Source: Alphaproteobacteria bacterium
Lineage (GTDB): Bacteria; Pseudomonadota; Alphaproteobacteria; UBA828
Direction: 5' to 3'
NCBI GenBank assembly: GCA_965237415.1
Contig: CBDEFM010000002.1
Location: 2,592,001 to 2,656,000 of the forward strand
DNA: 64,000 nucleotides
Below, in pieces: positions 63,341 through 64,000 of the stretch (positions are counted from its first letter, which is position 1; each line of letters begins with the position of its first letter). Under the pieces are notes generated by a model that worked only from the letters and a program-made list of their open reading frames with translations, had not been told where the DNA came from and did no database searches. The position numbers and the translations under genes are program-made.

Positions 63341-63784
63341 TCAGAACGGCTTGACGATAACCAGAACGACGATTCCGATCATGGCCAGCGTCGGCACCTC
63401 GTTCATCATGCGATAGAAGCGCGCACTGCGGCGGTTGCGGCCGGCTGCGAAATCCCGACGCCAGCGCGCTAGCAACCCGTGATGCGCGGCGAGCAACGCC
63501 ACCAGGGCGAGCTTGGGGTAGATCCAGATATCGCCAGACCAGTCGACCGCGCCAGGGTGCGCCAGCAGGGCGCCGCCGAAGCCGAAGGTCGCCACCATGC
63601 CCGGGTTGATGATCACCCGGAGCAAGCGGCGCTCCATGACCTTCAGGGTCTCCGAGAGCTCGGAGCCCGTCTCGGCGCGAGCGTGATAGACGTAGAGCCG
63701 GGGCAGGTAGAGCATTCCCGCCATCCAGGCGATCACCGCGATCACGTGCAGCGCCCTGAGCCACGTGTAGAGATCGTCGGCCAT
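63341..63784 (-). CDS. hemJ: Protoporphyrinogen oxidase HemJ
   Basis: ALHVIAVIAWMAGMLYLPRLYVYH, MERRL, NEVPT, IVKPF. Confidence 0.96.
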   Translation of the reverse strand: MADDLYTWLRALHVIAVIAWMAGMLYLPRLYVYHARAETGSELSETLKVMERRLLRVIINPGMVATFGFGGALLAHPGAVDWSGDIWIYPKLALVALLAAHHGLLARWRRDFAAGRNRRSARFYRMMNEVPTLAMIGIVVLVIVKPF

Positions 63785-64000
63785 CAGTGCGCAGCCAGTG
63801 GGCAGCAGCGGTGGACGCCGGGACAGAGCCGCCCGCCCTCGCCGGAATCCAGCCCAGAGACGCCACTCGCCGTGAAAGCTCCGCGCACGAGGTCAGCAAG
63901 AGCCGAAATAAACGAAGGATGGGTGCCGAGTGCCGGCACCCGGTGGTAGGCGGGCACACCCACCGCGTGCGCGTGGTCCCGATAGGTGACGTCGAGCTCC
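63784..64000 (-). CDS. hemH: Ferrochelatase, C-terminal fragment (runs off the right edge)
   Basis: Manual translation ELDVTYRD...YHRVPALGTHPSFISALADLV...CPGVHRCCP*; the stop overlaps the hemJ start and the Cys-rich tail resembles [2Fe-2S] ferrochelatases. Confidence 0.8.
   Translation of the reverse strand, partial: ELDVTYRDHAHAVGVPAYHRVPALGTHPSFISALADLVRGAFTASGVSGLDSGEGGRLCPGVHRCCPLAAH

Overview
GC-rich (about 68% in hand-counted core lines) alphaproteobacterial chromosome segment, Rhodospirillales-like in gene order and probably origin-proximal (parS, parAB, mnmEG, rho, hemJ/hemH). Most of it is housekeeping: the yejABEF peptide ABC transporter, ftsY-mtaB-dapF, zapA/6S RNA/ygfA/ymdB, the aa3 cytochrome c oxidase operon, tldD, hrcA-grpE-dnaK-dnaJ, rne, thiS-thiG, aroQ-accBC-aat, trpE(G), qor/ogt/yyaL, mnmE-mnmG-rsmG-parA-parB, and rho-dcd-hemJ-hemH. 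Five accessory spots stand out. (1) The best candidate for an undescribed system is an AT-rich, tightly coupled three-gene cassette at 45384-47258 (TIGR04255-like protein, unknown protein, possible ADP-ribosyltransferase-fold protein), tail-to-tail with an orphan SPPY-type DNA methyltransferase; a defence or toxin-antitoxin-like role is hypothesised. (2) A decayed type I PKS relic (about 38545-40557) has two nonsense codons and an in-frame deletion joining half a KS to a DH domain. (3) A lipoprotein gene with a PL5 alginate-lyase-like C-terminus is split by a frameshift in an A5 run (52527-53662). (4) A luciferase-like monooxygenase plus parDE islet lies at 8885-10582. (5) A 538-bp hairpin-rich, apparently non-coding gap with phased ATCCC repeats separates parB and rho. 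No rRNA, tRNA, CRISPR array, transposase or integrase was seen. All family assignments come from motif recognition by eye; no database searches were run.
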